Assembly (NCBI GenBank): GCA_051294905.1
Contig: CM119372.1
Location: 37,884,001 to 37,948,000, forward strand
Source of the DNA: Botryllus schlosseri
Taxonomy: Eukaryota
Direction of reading: 5' to 3'
DNA length: 64,000 bases
Shown here: positions 38,400 through 52,799 of the stretch, one piece after another
How positions within the stretch are numbered: the stretch's first letter is position 1
Layout: the number at the start of each line of letters is the position of its first letter
Notes under the pieces: generated by a model
Databases searched by the model: none
Seen by the model: the letters and a program-made list of their open reading frames with translations, nothing else
What the model was told of the DNA's origin: nothing
Made by a program: the position numbers and the translations under genes

Positions 38400-39653
38400 C
38401 AGAGGTGGTCAAAGTAGTCACGAAAGCTACTCAAGTAGAAGTAGAAGTAGCGACGAAAAAATCTACTCAACTACGAGTAGAAGTACTTCTTCCATAAGCA
38501 ACCTAAAACTACTTGAAGTATAAGTAGAATTGACTAACTTTAAATCTACCCAAGTAAGTAGTTGTGAAAACGATCGTAATTCGTTCGCAGGGATTTCAAT
38601 AGGTGCAAATTGAGCTATGCGAAAAGTGCCGAGCTTGATTCATATTGATGCATACCTGGAGGTATTCAATTTTCGACAGCATAAACATTCGTCTGCATCA
38701 TTGGATTAAAATGATAGTATAGATATGGAAATACGACACTAATCCTCTGTTTAATCGAACAGCACGTTTTAGAAAATATCATGGTATGGCGCCCTCCCCC
38801 ATATTATAAGTCTCGTAGTTTAGTCGAAGAGCAATATTGAGAAGCTGTAAAGGAGAAGTTGTAAAGGATACGGTGTAAACACTTTGCACGATAAGTAAAC
38901 GTGAATAAAAATATGGTGAATCCTAAAAATGCCATATTGTGTAGCTTTATTTCCGGAAATTAAAAGCATTACTACACCTATTTTATACTTCAACATGTAT
39001 GTTATCCATACAAAAGAACTGATATTAATTAGAACTCAAAGAAATGATACTGGGAATTGAAAGTGAAATATAAATTCTACTTCTAAAAAACGGAAATTAT
39101 ATTTCATATCTTTAGTCCAGAAAGTTTCAAAGGTGGTATGCTAAAACAGCTCTAAAACTATAAAAAAAAGTCTGAGTCCACTTTTCCAGATTAGGACACG
39201 CCATGGACTGCTAGATTACGATATGATAAGTAAATGTTAGATTGCGAAACATTCGTTTCAAACATTATGATGAGCCATATGTACCGTGGTGAAATATTTC
39301 ATATGGGCGAAGGGCGACAATGCGGTGTGAACGGAACCACGCCAACCCGCTACCTAAATTATATTAACCGATACTTTCGTGACATCATACTGGTTACTCC
39401 GTATCCACTGAGCGCAAAGCGCGATGACAATTCTGAGGTTTACTCAACTTTTATGAAAATTAAATGTTGATACTCCTTGAAAACAGCTCCGGGATTCCTC
39501 AGGCTATCTTCCTGATTGGAGGATTAAACTACTTATTACGAAGTAGAAGTAGAAGTAACGAAAATCAGATCTACTTGAGTAAGTACCAGAAGTAGAGGAA
39601 AACTACTTGGGTACTTCCAAAAAGTAGAAGTACTTCGTTACTGACCACCTCTG
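38400..39653 (-). mobile_element. CAGAGGTGGTCA-family element, uninterrupted reversed copy
   Basis: TIRs as in 25310-27749; TSD GTAATAAC / GTAATTAC. Confidence 0.88.
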
Positions 39654-40602
39654 GTAATTACCGACAATGAACCCGTCCAAAGCTAACCCGCAAGAACTTC
39701 ATGAATAGTCTTAACCGAGTGTCATAACAGGACATGGACATAAATAATTACAAGCCCTACATTATCGAAGACACCATGAATTTCCATCGGCTCTTCCGAG
39801 CACGCATACGCTATGCAAGTATCAATAGTATTTTCAAAACATTCATATCAGCGATTTTAGTGCTTAGTGAGCGGATAAACATAAACAGACAAGTGTGCGT
39901 TCGCCATTCCTTAGTCCGGCTCATTCATGAATCGCGTATTATCGGAATTCGTTCGCTTTGCAAAAGGTGAGTCACCAGGGTTGCATTTGCAACAAAAAGC
40001 AATTTAAAACAAACATCTTCAAAACATGTTATTTTAATTTTTTTAAGCCATGACGTCACTAATATTGTCACTGTGACGTCATAGTGGATTGGCATTGACA
40101 ATTGAAAATATAGGGGAAATGTTGCTCCTTTGACGAAATATCTACGCACTGTAGCCGTTGAACCGAACGACTGTTTTGAAGGTTCCAGCCATCCCTTATC
40201 GTATGCGTCGGCTATGTCGGATGGAAATTGTCCGTAGGTTCATACAACATGTTTTGGAAAGTATTTACACAATTATGGCATGATTCTACAAAGAAATAAA
40301 AAACAGTTTGTTTTAAGGCCTCTGTTTAAAACACTGTTATATGTTCAATTTCCACGTACATTTACCAAAAATTTCAAAAAAGAGGACAAATTCTCAAAAA
40401 TAGGACATTTAGGCGTCCTCCGAGGACACTTTCAAAAAGGTCAACAAAGATGGCAAATCCTCTTAAAAGAGGACGTATGGTAACCCTAGTATTAGCGAAA
40501 CTAGTTAGAAATCCGTACAGTAAATGGCGAAGCCAGGGAGTCTTTGCTGTCAAGACATCATCGATGTTTACTGTCAGAGCACAAGCTCAGCTTTATTCAA
40601 CG

Positions 40603-43049
40603 CAGACCTGGGCAAAGTGCGGCCCGCGGAGCTATTCTGCGTGGCGTGCGACAAGTTGCTGGAAATTCAAACATAAAACCTACTTTTCAATATTGCTGCG
40701 TGGAATAAAGCCATAGGCTGTATAAACTGAACCGGAACGGAAATCGGCTTACTTTGAAGCCTGTTCATTAATATTCCACGATTGCGCAGCCTACGTTCCT
40801 CCCATGCGCAATCCAAATTCGAAATAAAGCGAATGTAGAAAAGTAAATGCCGTATCGATTAAAGTCACAAGAAATCACTCTTTCTATATAATTTAGTTCT
40901 AACCTTCGTTGTTGCTATTGTCACATTACGCCAGGGGTCGCCAACTCAAAATGGGTCGCGGGCCACTTTTCAAATTTCCTAGAGGCCGCGGGCCGCATGA
41001 CTTCAATATCGAGATTAACATAGCCAACGCTGCTTAACAACTACGAATGATAACTCTACGTAAGTACAATGCTGTGCTCTCTTACATGGGCGATGGGCAT
41101 AGTCACCACAAAATGAATAATATTTTATTGAACAAACACAAATACAACAAAAAATATCATGCTCATCAATTTCATTATATTTTGAACTATGGGCTATGCA
41201 CGATACCAGACAACACTATATGTAGCAACTAAAACAGGGGTGGGCAACATTTTTGCTATTCACGGCCTCATTTCGATTACTCATGTAGCCCCCGGCTGCA
41301 TTCCGGTGCATAGTGGTCATAAACAAACTGGGGCCAAATATCCACGTCAAACTCACCATGTCCATTGCTGGTACACTCCGGACGAATCTATTTACTCATA
41401 TCGGCTTACTATGGGCACCGAGACCGTGAATATAGTCATGTTAAGAAGAGCGACAGGGAACGGAACTGTAGTGGCGCGAGGCGCGAAAATTTTTTCATGT
41501 CTATGAGTGAATTTCATCATTTAATATTATTATAGTTTCACATATTACTATCAAATATTCATCCTTTCTCGGCCCATGTGATCAGATTCACCGGTAGAGT
41601 TTATGCAGTGGGTGTCAGCAAAAACTTGGAGAAGTTATTAATGCTGGGGTGCATCTTTGTGTAGGCCAATTCTCATTAGTCCCCTATGTTGCATGCAGTG
41701 ATTTCTTGACCTCCCATTAGAATTGTCGCTATAGTGGAAATATATTAGATTCGCCCAAACGCAGGTCTACCAGAAAAAAATAATTCGAGATGAGAACACG
41801 AATAAAAATTGGTATTTCTTTATGGGTCGCATCATTTTTCTCCGCTGTTCGCATCTGTACTGTGGGACTCAGATTACAAAGGACACTGCTGCATTAAAAT
41901 CCAAAATCAACTCGCATTGAAGCGCGCGTAGCGCAAAGAAAATTTCAAAAATAATTCAAACCTCACATTAATTAGGGAGTCAATTCATAAATTTAATTTG
42001 CATAATATTGACAGCCACCAACACATCCTAATTGAATTGAGTGTCGAAGGCCGCATAATTTTTCTTCTACTGCCGCAGATTGGCCGCCCCAGGATTAAAA
42101 AATCGATATTGGGGTTAGTTATAGACACAGTAGGATGGTAGGCTATTTGCTCGAAAACTAACTCCTCGTAAAGCATGATCTCTTGGAGATTCCGAAATCG
42201 TTTACCAAGCCTCCCGGTCTTGGTAGTGGTGGGCCATTGCACGCCAAGGCAATATACCCATTCATATCAGCAAATTATTCCTCCATATAATGATAATACC
42301 ATGCCGAACCGAAGGAATAGTGATATTGGGCACAGTAGAATGGTTTACTTTGAACAACAACAACAATATGTTTAAACTGAAATCAATTTCGGCATTTCGA
42401 AATGGTTTACTGAACGTTCTTCCAAAATTTGCCCAAATCAGGCCGCGGGCCGCAAAATATGACCTCGCGGGCCGCGTGTTGGTGACCCCTGCATTACGCA
42501 TTACACGGTCTGTGCTTCAAATTGTTACATGATACGTCCCCAAATCCCTAATTCATAAAACAAGTCAATCAGTGCTCGTTTTTGCTATGAGACATCATCG
42601 TCTATAACGGATGAATGGGCAATTGGGCATGTCCAGCTGAAATTCAAATAAGGTATGGAGCACAAATAAAACTGCAAGCTCCGCTCAACAACAAGGCAAT
42701 TTCAGCAAGCCGCACTTTGTTCGGAAGGCAGCGACTAAGACAATAAGCTTTGTAGTGTCTCAAATACATTTTAATGTATTGATATAAAATCGTGGATAGG
42801 GGCTTCAAAGAGAGTTCAAAATGTATCAAATGAAACTAAAAATAAATATTATTTTTGTTAATTAACCGTCATTTTCTCATTATCTAATATCAACGCATCC
42901 ACTGAGCAGTATTTATTACCAATCTAATTCACTGCTTTCAATTTAGAAATTCTTACGCTGGAGAATATAGCTAGAAATTTTGACTCGGCCCGCCAACGTA
43001 TTTTCTATTTATCATTTGACCCGCGGAGAAAAATAATTGCCCACCCCTG
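40603..43049 (-). mobile_element. hAT-like element (relative of 18077-19400) with two nested levels
   Basis: Ends CAGACCTGGGCAA / TTGCCCACCCCTG; TSD ATTCAACG / ATTCAACA. Confidence 0.85.
40932..42491 (+). mobile_element. CAGGGGTCGCCAAC-family MITE nested in 40603-43049, itself containing an insert at ~41235-42092
   Basis: TSD CATTACGC on both sides; ends as in 36728-37517. Confidence 0.88.
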
Positions 43050-44379
43050 ATTCAACAATCATAACAATAATAGTATTTATCCCCATCCAGCAAGTTCCCT
43101 CGCTGTATTGAGTCTCTAGATATGGTTCATATTACTAGAAGTATGAAAAGCACTAAGCAATGAGCATTAATCCGTATTGTCAACTTAAACCACCGTCGAC
43201 TAACTCACTCTCTCTTACGCACATATATGTTGACTGCAAGTTATTTCGTTTCCGAACTAATAGGAAATGTTTTCTATTCGCTAGTGGTGAAGGCATTCCG
43301 CTTACTTTCGACCAGATGTAAATCTACATACTGTCCGACAATATTCAACGAAAATGGATGCATGCGTTTTAGGAAAGATAGAATCGAAATGAAATGTGAG
43401 TACTTGAAACCGTAAAATACATAGGATTACGAAGATCATCGAAATACGATACGTTTCGACTAAAAAAAATCAAGAATATATTCCATGGATTACAAATGGA
43501 CGCGAGGAAAATGTTGAGCATTACTTCACGTCAACTTATTATAGAATAGAATACACCAGGCCCGATTTTGACATAAATCTTCTGACTGGACATCTTCCGT
43601 TGGACGCCGTATCTAAACCCCTTTGGCGTGTACGACATATTTCCTTCATCACATCGGCTGACAACTATATAGAGTTCGATCTCTGCGTGACTGCTGGAGC
43701 GTGTTGCATCTGTGGAAATTTCAATACGTAACAGCTTCATTACGGTGGCGTTCTGAAGAAAACGGCAGCGGCCAAAATTTTTCTTTCGTTTTGCCCTTCA
43801 ATTTGAGACCACATCATTTGTAGGGTGCAGTGCCCCTTTAACGCATTACTGGTACATCTGCCACCACCCACCACCTATATTTGTGAAAATGTATTTTCAG
43901 CGCCCGTTCTTATCAAATCAAAGGCGCAGATATTCAAAGCACGAACACTTATTTCACGAAATGCAGCTGCAGAATTCACTTTGAAATAAGAAAAAATTAC
44001 CTGTAGCTTATACATATAGTATGATGTTATTTTCAAGAAAAGTCATTTTGTTGCTGTTTATTACCACCCTAATACAGTTAATATTTGTACAACGCAGATG
44101 ACGGTTGAACGATAAATGAGCTAAATTCGAATTCAAACTTGTGGAGTCAGCAGGGGTCCGTGAAGACAAAAAGGTTGAGCAGCACTGGCCTGGAACATGT
44201 TACTAAGAGGCATGTAGACTGAATGAAAAGTGTTGAATAACATGAAGAGGATAAGCTATGAAAATAAAGTGGCATATGTCGCCTGTCGGTAGGGGAAGTC
44301 GATATGTCAGATCGTGGTCCGGTAATGTCGAAGGTTGTCTAGTGTTTCTACAAAGCACTCAGCGGTGTTGTAATGGCTC

Positions 44380-44982
44380 GAGTTGTAATTTTTCGTTACT
44401 CGACTTGACTTGAGTCATTTAATAAAAATGGAAAATGACGCGAATCGAATTGAGTCATTTTGTGTATTGACTCGACTTGTGCTTGAGTCATTGCGCATGA
44501 CTCGAAACAAATCGACTAGAGGTGGTCAAAATAGTCATCGTTGGTACGTAATCAAAAGTAGAAGTAATGACGTAATATTCACTCTTAAATACAATTAGAA
44601 CTACCGATTTCGAATTCAGTGAAAGAATATGTAAAACTGAAAACTGGAGGAAGACCGGATTTTATCATAACATATATACACACCATTTCTTCTTAAGAGT
44701 CAGACAAGTGAGTATATTATGAATGAGACAACTTCGTTTCACCCCAGCAATGTTGTAAGAAATGAGTTGAACATCACTGGAACTCGAAGCCGAACAGTCA
44801 ACATGCGGTAATACAAATAGAATGACTTAAACTCGGACTCGAGTCTCATCATTGCGACTCGGAATTGACCGTTTGAACCCTTAGTTGGACTAAGACTTGA
44901 CTCGGTGGTGAATTGAAAATGACTCGATTTGACTTGTGATTGACTTGTCACTCGAAATCTTGTGACTTGGTTACAAGCCTTG
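44380..44982. mobile_element. Degenerate MITE with GACTCGA/TGAGTC subterminal repeats (relative at ~48612-50118)
   Basis: Dense GACTCGAC/GAGTCA motifs; ~44900-44980 is a reverse-complement match to ~48618-48730. Boundaries approximate. Confidence 0.55.
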
Positions 44983-45508
44983 ATATTCATTTCAGCCGTT
45001 CATCTGCCTGCCATTGTGAGCGCATGTTAGCAGCAACAACACAGCGACCCCCCCCCCCCCCCCTTAGTAATGGACGTTAATTGGATATGTACCAGATTTG
45101 TTAAATGCAATAATATTCATCTTTTCTTAGTTTGCCGGATCTGTAATAGCTACTTGTGTGGAGGAGCCGAGTCCAAGAAGTCTCCGCTGGGGTGGTGGTC
45201 ATGAGAAATCCTCCAACAAAAAAATGGTCTTTTTTCAATGGATCTTTTGTTCACTGCATTTATTTGGCACCAGGGTTACGTTGCATGTGTACTCGAGTCT
45301 TGTTATTTATGTGTCTAGAATACTCACATATTTACGCTTTTATTAATAAGTCAAGGTCCTCTTTTGAAATTTTCCTTGTACATTGTTGGAATACATTATT
45401 GACATTATGAATCAACTTCGACTGCACGGTCGTGTTCGGTGTTTCATAAATATAGGCCTATACTATCCAACCGATTTTAACAACAGCCTATTATACGTAC
45501 TTATAGAT

Positions 45509-46403
45509 CAGCGGTCGGGAAAAATGGCTCACGCGCCACATATGGCTCTTTTAGGAATATTGTATGGCTCTCTGATTAATTTTCTATTTTGCACATAATT
45601 CGTATCTTATTAATCAATATTGCTCTAACTTCGATGTCAATTTTCGAATCCGCCATATTCATTTCTTGTGGTAGCTGAGACAAGTCTGTGAGGTCAAAAC
45701 ATGACGGATCCCTTTCAGAATCCTAGAATATATGTCAAATAGTGCCTGGTGATAATTACTCAGAATGCCCAATGCTCATTTATCAGTCCAGTACAATCGT
45801 TTTTGATAAAAGCGTAAGCACGGCACCTTCAAGTTATTAAGGGGTATACGTCGGACAAATCTTATAGGTCCTGTTCGATACGAAGTTTGTATAATGACGA
45901 AAACAAGGTTTCTGAGTAGTAAAGTTAACCAAATGATATCAGTTGAAAATTTTGATTATCCTGGATTAGGGGAACTGATTGAATCGTGCGTGACTGCCAT
46001 TGAGGGAGGCTATACCTTCTTGCCTGTTGCACGGATTGCTTGGAATGTGGCTTTATTGTGATAACGTGCTACAAAAGAATACACCGTAGTTTCGTACAGT
46101 AATTCTTGTCTAAAAGTGTTGATTTTGCGTTAGAATATACATGCTAATTGCCTCAAATTTCGAAAAAATATCATTTGGCACTCATGGAATCAGAGTTTAT
46201 AATATAGGTCGCTGCAACAGTTTCCCGAACAACGTGTCGCTTGCTCCTTGCTCAACAGCCGTTTTTCATTGAGTCGCACGTAATGACGTCACTAATATTC
46301 ATTGTAGAGTAACAGTTGACACTGCCTTATGGCTCTTCGGAAGTTACAATTGTAAATATAGAGCCAATACGGCTCTTTTGACCGAAAAGGTTACCGAGCG
46401 CTA
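45509..46403 (+). mobile_element. hAT-like MITE
   Basis: Ends CAGCGGTCGGGAA / TTACCGAGCGCTA; TSD TTATAGAT / CTATAGAT; GGCTC subterminal motifs. Confidence 0.7.
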
Positions 46404-48743
46404 CTATAGATGTTCCTTCGGCAGAATTTGACAAAATATATTATGATCTTAAAGATAAACGATGTAGTTCAAGATATTCTGAATTCCACGTCGGTAATCT
46501 TTTGCGACGTAACTGTCAAGTTCAAAATGTCAATCCTTTTTTACACACTTCATGAAGCCAGATGAATCGAGTATTATCATAAACTTCCGTTGTGTATAGC
46601 CTATACGCACTGTAACGGTATAAGGGAATATTTTGTGCCATGTAAGCTCTTTTTGAGTGGAACTGTTGCATACGTTTGAAGTGCTACATCAACAACCAGC
46701 GCCAAACTTTGGGCATCAAGACATTATTTACTATTGTCAAATTTATCATACGTTAAGCTTTTTTGTACTGTATGACCATCACCAGGAGAGATTGCCGGTG
46801 AAACCGATTGGCCAAATTTGAAACATGGCAGGAATTACGTGACTGTGACGAAAAATCAGTAATCACTGACCGCTGAATGGTATTTTACGTACGACGTACG
46901 GTTGACTGCAGGGAACAATTCTATATACTCTGAGGATCATAGAAATATGAATGTATGAGTAAAATTTAACCAAACCAGCCGGTTAGTCGGAAAGTAACAT
47001 TTTTGCAAGCGGCTTAACTTCCTAGGTATTTGAACATATTTCGGTAATCAGTATTGCCAGATACGATAATATTTACGGTTATAAGATATAAGTTAAAAGA
47101 GAACCCGTTTCATTCATCTTCCTCCTCTGTAATAGGCTGTTACAAGTTCCGAGAAGTTTAACGAACGAATAAGGATTTTCCACGGAGACAGAAAACGTAT
47201 AAGCGAGTGGTTCCCCACCTTTTTTCTCCGTTCGCCCCTAGGCTTATTTTGGAACCCTTGATTCCCCACTCCATTCGACAGACATCGAGAACAACGGGAA
47301 ACAAGTTTCTTCAAATTCTTGCGTATCACTCATAACTGTCTCGTGCGAAATATGCTCTTGTTAGCACTGTTTACCAGTGAGGTAAGCATAGGATCGTGAA
47401 AACGATAGCCACTAAAGATAACATAATAGCCGCTTTAAGTATCAACACTCAACAGCCATCGATTCTAAAACGAACTTGAAAAGACACAAAACTGTTAATA
47501 AAATAAAATTGACTGAATGTTTTAACATTTTCGCCCCTATCTATACCTCCAATATTTTCGCCTCCCAATCGCCCCTTCGTTTTTCTCACCCCTGACTCTC
47601 AAAATCACACCCAGCGTGATTGGTCGTCTAGTTTAGGTACCGCTGCATTAGATAGAAACTATAGTTATTTCGACTTTTTCATCCCCATGATTTCCATTTA
47701 AAAGTACTTTTTCTCTCTGCTCACTGGGATTGATTTACGCCATTCTTTACATTAGACCATAGGCAATTCAGACTTGCTTGCCGAGCGCGAAATTATCAAT
47801 CGAAAGCTACCGCGATGCTGATTACGATAATATAAATTTGATTGTGCTCGTGGTCTTGGAACTCCTCAAAATCAGCCTCGAATTATGCATTGTAACGGAG
47901 TTTTGCATTGTGAACTGCCGTTCTGGCGTTCTGGCTCTGCTTTCGTGTATCACCACGATATGTGGTTCTCGTATACTCATACTTCACTTGCACCACAAGG
48001 ATATAATATCTCCATAGGATTTGGTACACTTGCCTCGTTTTCATCCATTGGAATATGGGTGTAAAGGCAAAATTTGTAACCAGGAAGTGCTGATTGGCTG
48101 ATTTGTACCCTACTCCGTGGTGAGAATTTGGAATACGTTATCCACCTTTTCATTTGCATTGTGGATCTCAATAACTCTGAGTAGGCCTATCGCCTCTCTC
48201 TCTAGCTCCAACCAAAAAGTTGGAAACATCCCTAGTGCTACTGCATGCGGAAAATATGCTTCTACCAGCGTCGATTCCGAATCAAATGGATGAAGCGCAC
48301 GCGCATCAACTTGCAACTAATCCATTCTATCGTTGTGCAGGTTCACATATCAAACAATGTACTGCACCCCGTGAACGAAAATAGTGTATTCTGCCGATTT
48401 TCACGATAGGGCTAGGTCAGTGGTGGCTGGCCAGAGGGCAAATACGGCATTGCCTCACCTTGTTACAACATTTCTATGAACTATATTATCATCAACAAGC
48501 CAGTCCGGGTACAGAACTGCAAACAGTAATACGGTGAATCAAATTCGAAATGCGGGGCATATTTGAACATTTACCTGCGAAACATAGTAATATTGGAAAC
48601 AAACAAATGGCTGTATGGTTGTAACCTAGTAACAAGGTTCCGAGTCACAAGTCAATCTCACTTTCATAGTTTTGACTCGAGTCAAGTCGAGTCATTTTCA
48701 ATTCACCGCCTAGTCAAATCCGAGTCCAAGTCAGTGAGTAGAG

Positions 48744-49557
48744 CAGTGGTTCTTAACCTTTTTCATGTCGTTACCCCCGGGAAGAAAATGACCGGACGCA
48801 ATTACCCCTTTTCAAAAAATAACAAATTACAGATTGCACTCAATTAATTGTAAAGCAGCACAAAGATTACGTCATAATGTACCCTGAGAGGCCTGTTAAA
48901 AATATCAAGTCAATGGGAAGGCTGATAATGTTTTCGTGTTATCCAGTGGTAAAATTTGTACAAAGAGTAGGGTAATAAACAGTCATTCGCAAACATATTT
49001 CGTTTTGATAGATACCATTGCAGAAAATCCTACTTCACAGCAATAAGTTGAAGGAAATTTAATCAGAAAGTTCAATGCCATAATAACAAAGATTGGTTAT
49101 TCATTTTGAAACCAAACCCAAAGGTTCCAAAATCTTCCCCTCGTTTCTTCGAAGGCATTTTGATGACTTCAGACTTAATTTTACTGACTAGACTAGACTA
49201 CTACAGTACTAACAACTATATTTCTACTTTATTGTTACCTGTTACCTCATTATAAGTGCAAAGCTAAACTTAGACGCCCCTTGCTGTGTTTCAATTTGCC
49301 AGCATGCGCAACAATATATGATCCGCACTAATTCACTAATAATAGTTACTATGATACCACAGCAGGCATGGTGTGTTAAGTGAAACGAAATATATATAAG
49401 CTCGCGAAAATATATGTCAGCCTACACATTTATATTCAAGTTTGAAAATACTCTCAGTGCAGCGTTATAAGTATATAAAAAACATCACTTTGAATTACCC
49501 CTAAAGAATAGCAAATTACCCCTTTGGGGGTAATTACCCCCAGGTTAAGAACCACTG
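48744..49557 (+). mobile_element. hAT-like MITE
   Basis: Perfect TIR CAGTGGTTCTTAACCT; TSD GAGTAGAG; TTACCCC subterminal repeats. Confidence 0.92.
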
Positions 49558-49574
49558 GAGTAGAGGGTCGAGTC

Positions 49575-49767
49575 TAATGTTCCCTCTAATTTTTCACGAC
49601 TCTGCACGCACTCACCAACTCACTGTGCGTAGCCTTGGACAACAGTACGTAACTACTAAAAAAAGTCATCACTTCGGCTTTCTTGTGCACGGCACACGTT
49701 TTACTGTGCAAGGCAACATTGTCAGCAGTGCACGGCCGCGCGCGCGCGCGGCTTAGAGGGAACAGTG
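49575..49767. mobile_element. Short MITE, (C/T)AATGTTCCCTCTA family
   Basis: Ends TAATGTTCCCTCTAA / TTAGAGGGAACAGTG; TSD GTCGAGTC / GTCAAGTC; relative at 63706-63890. Confidence 0.75.
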
Positions 49768-52392
49768 GTCAAGTCTGAGTCATAGTGTGTGGACTCGAGT
49801 CCGATTTCAAGACCATATGTTCACTGTTCAGTTTTGAGTGCAATGCTATTCTACCCATGTTTGTCAACTCTGCTCGAGTGATATAGAATGGTTCGCATTT
49901 ATAATGCACTATTTTCCAAGTATTAGGACTGATAGACGAAATACCAGTAATGTGATGACTTTACTATTCTTCGAATTTACAATCCGTCCTAGGCTCAAGT
50001 CATAGGACTTGGTTCGAGTTATGCATTTGAAAAAATGACTCGAGGCAAGTCGAGTCACTAAAAATGGCGACTAGAGTCGAACTCGAGTGGAGTCATGACT
50101 CTAATCATTTCAACCCTAGCCAGTTATTTCCTAGTTGAGCTACTTTTGGTATGACGTAGAGCAGGGGTGTCAAACATAGGCCAGCGGAACGCACCGGTCC
50201 CGCCAGACGATTTCATCTAGCCCGCGAAGCAATTCTGAATAGATTCAAAAATGTTTATAATATCCAACTTGTAGTTCTAACAAATCCATCGATTTTTAGT
50301 AAGAACATACTTCCATTAAATAATCCCTCAAGACAGCAAATGTCAACTATGTTCATAGTACATAAGCTTCATTATAACCATCCGACAGTGGTCTTCTGTT
50401 TTCACTCTAGTCGCTATTAGGAGCAAGTTGCTGACATTGACACACAATCCACTCTCCTATTTATATCTCCTGTCCTTTTATATTATCTTCTTTTACTGTT
50501 CATGCAGTGTGCATGCCTCCTTTTTTATATCACCTAGGTCAGGTGGGTGTCTGATTTCGAAGACTTCTCCAAGTCGTTTCGACACTTTCCTATCTTTCGT
50601 TGTATTGCAGTCTTCTGGTGTATGCAAATGATGAAATTACTAGCAATAAATTGAATTGAATTAAATTGAAGAATTCGGAGAAGGCAAAAAATGCACGAAC
50701 TGAGTTCAGAGCGTTATGGACAATTGAACCGAAAACTGGTTAATCCCAGAAGCGAAAGCGCCAATACGAAACCATTTTATGCAGGACACATAGACAATAC
50801 AATAATTGCTCAAAACTATAAATCAAATATGGGAGGTCGCACTGTTGTATCACTTCTGACTCAAAAGGTCCCTAGCCTCCAGAGAAACCCGAATCGCGAT
50901 TTAATAACATGTAGCAGTATTAAAATGGCCAATCACCGTATTTTTTTGGCTATTCGGTTCTTTGAGAATAAAGGTGTTGGCAGAATTGAGCTTCTAACAT
51001 AGGCGCCGACTTTAATTTTGCATGGGGTGTGGCAGGCGCGTAGCCAGGGGGTGTCCGAGACCCCCTCCTATTTAAACGCAAAACCCCGTCCTTTTTAAAT
51101 GACCATTCTGATGCCAATATTCAGTTACAATTCAACATGTCGTATTATCAGTGTCACGCGCGGCCGTGACCATTTAGCAAGATTCGTCTGTGCACGCCAC
51201 GCGATCTCCCGCTGAGATCATTGCGAAATTAGGTTATTGATCGCCGAGCGCTTGGCATTCATCGCTAGACTGAGAAGTAACACGGCGCAACAATTCTGGA
51301 ACACGAAGGACAGAAAAGAAATATGATTACAAACGCGTGCGGCCAATCAGTAATTATTAGGGCGGTTTTTTTTTACCTAAAAAAAAGTAAATTTTGACCT
51401 AAAAAATCAAAATTTTGACCAAATTTTGACCTAAGATATGCAAATTAGGTGTTTTCCCACATAATGTTAAAATTGTACCACTCATCTTCATTTCTGGTTG
51501 GAACTGACTGTCCTAACGAAGTAGTTTGGCCTGAAAAAACGTTTTCGGCTTAGAAACAGGCAACTTTTTACATGGAAAAAAAAAATTATTTTAACGAAAT
51601 CTGGCCCTATGAAGAATTCCAGTGGTTACAATATGTATTCTGGTAGAAATAATTAAAATATTTTGTAGTACAACGAGAGATACTATCCTACATTCTTGGG
51701 TAAAAAGATCGAATTTTACATCTCATAACGATCGTTAACTAGCTGAAATCAGCATCAGTACGCTGCGCGAAATACATAGTAGTGATCAATTTTATCGGGC
51801 TGTACAATCGGCCGGCAAGGTTGCGCTGATACCGAAATTGCAGACATGCCGCAAACCCGCAATTACAATTACAGGGTGCGCTAGTCAGTGGCGGCTCGTG
51901 ACAATATCGGGTGGTGGGGCAAGGGCTGCAAGATGACGTCACGTTCATCAAGATGACGTCACAATGGCGTTTTCCAACGTAAACAAGTAACTTGGTGGTA
52001 CGGTAACACGAACTTCCCGACAACAGTGATTTTAACGTATGTGCCGCGAGAGGTCTGCTGGTGAGCTGTGACTTGAAGTGTGGTAACTGCGTAAACGGCG
52101 TACTGAACAAAAATTCGACAAGGTTCATGTTCGCACTATACCTGACTAATTATCTGCAGAAATGGAAATGACTATAACTCGAGAGATTGCGTAATCCTGA
52201 CTGGAAAGGTCAACGAGTTCGGACACATACGTAATTGTTATCTCATAGATTGGGCCTGTCATATTGAATACAAAACATCATTCTGAAGAACTACGGATAG
52301 CAGCCTCGGAAATTCGGTCCCGGTACAGCATAGGAGATTTTGGCCTTGAGGCTGGTGACTGTCACACGACACATACGGCTTACGGTCTATAG

Positions 52393-52760
52393 CAGTGGTT
52401 CCCAACCTTTTTCGACCCATCGCCCCCTTTTCAAGGTCAACACCGATCATCGCCCCCCAAATTTTGTGCACCGAAAATTGGGCATACAAACTGTAATCAC
52501 CGGCGGGTTGACTAAAAAAAAAGGTCAAATTTTCGGCTCGATGTCTAATTTTACACACTTTTGTAACTAAATTTCCGTGGGTTAACAAAAAAAAAAAAAG
52601 GTCAGCCGCTTTGACGCGTCATCGCCGCCTTCGCTATTTTCGCCCCCCGTCGCCCCCTTTGTTCATTTTCGCCCCCCTGTCGCCCCCTTCGTCATTTTCG
52701 CCCCCCTAGACCGCCAAATCGCCCCCTGGGGGGCGATATCGCCCACGTTGGGAACCACTG
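52393..52760 (+). mobile_element. hAT-like MITE
   Basis: TIR CAGTGGTTCCCAAC; TSD GTCTATAG; TCGCCCC subterminal repeats. Confidence 0.92.
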
Positions 52761-52799
52761 GTCTATAGTGTCTATATGTCTGCTGCAAAATCGCCTTTG

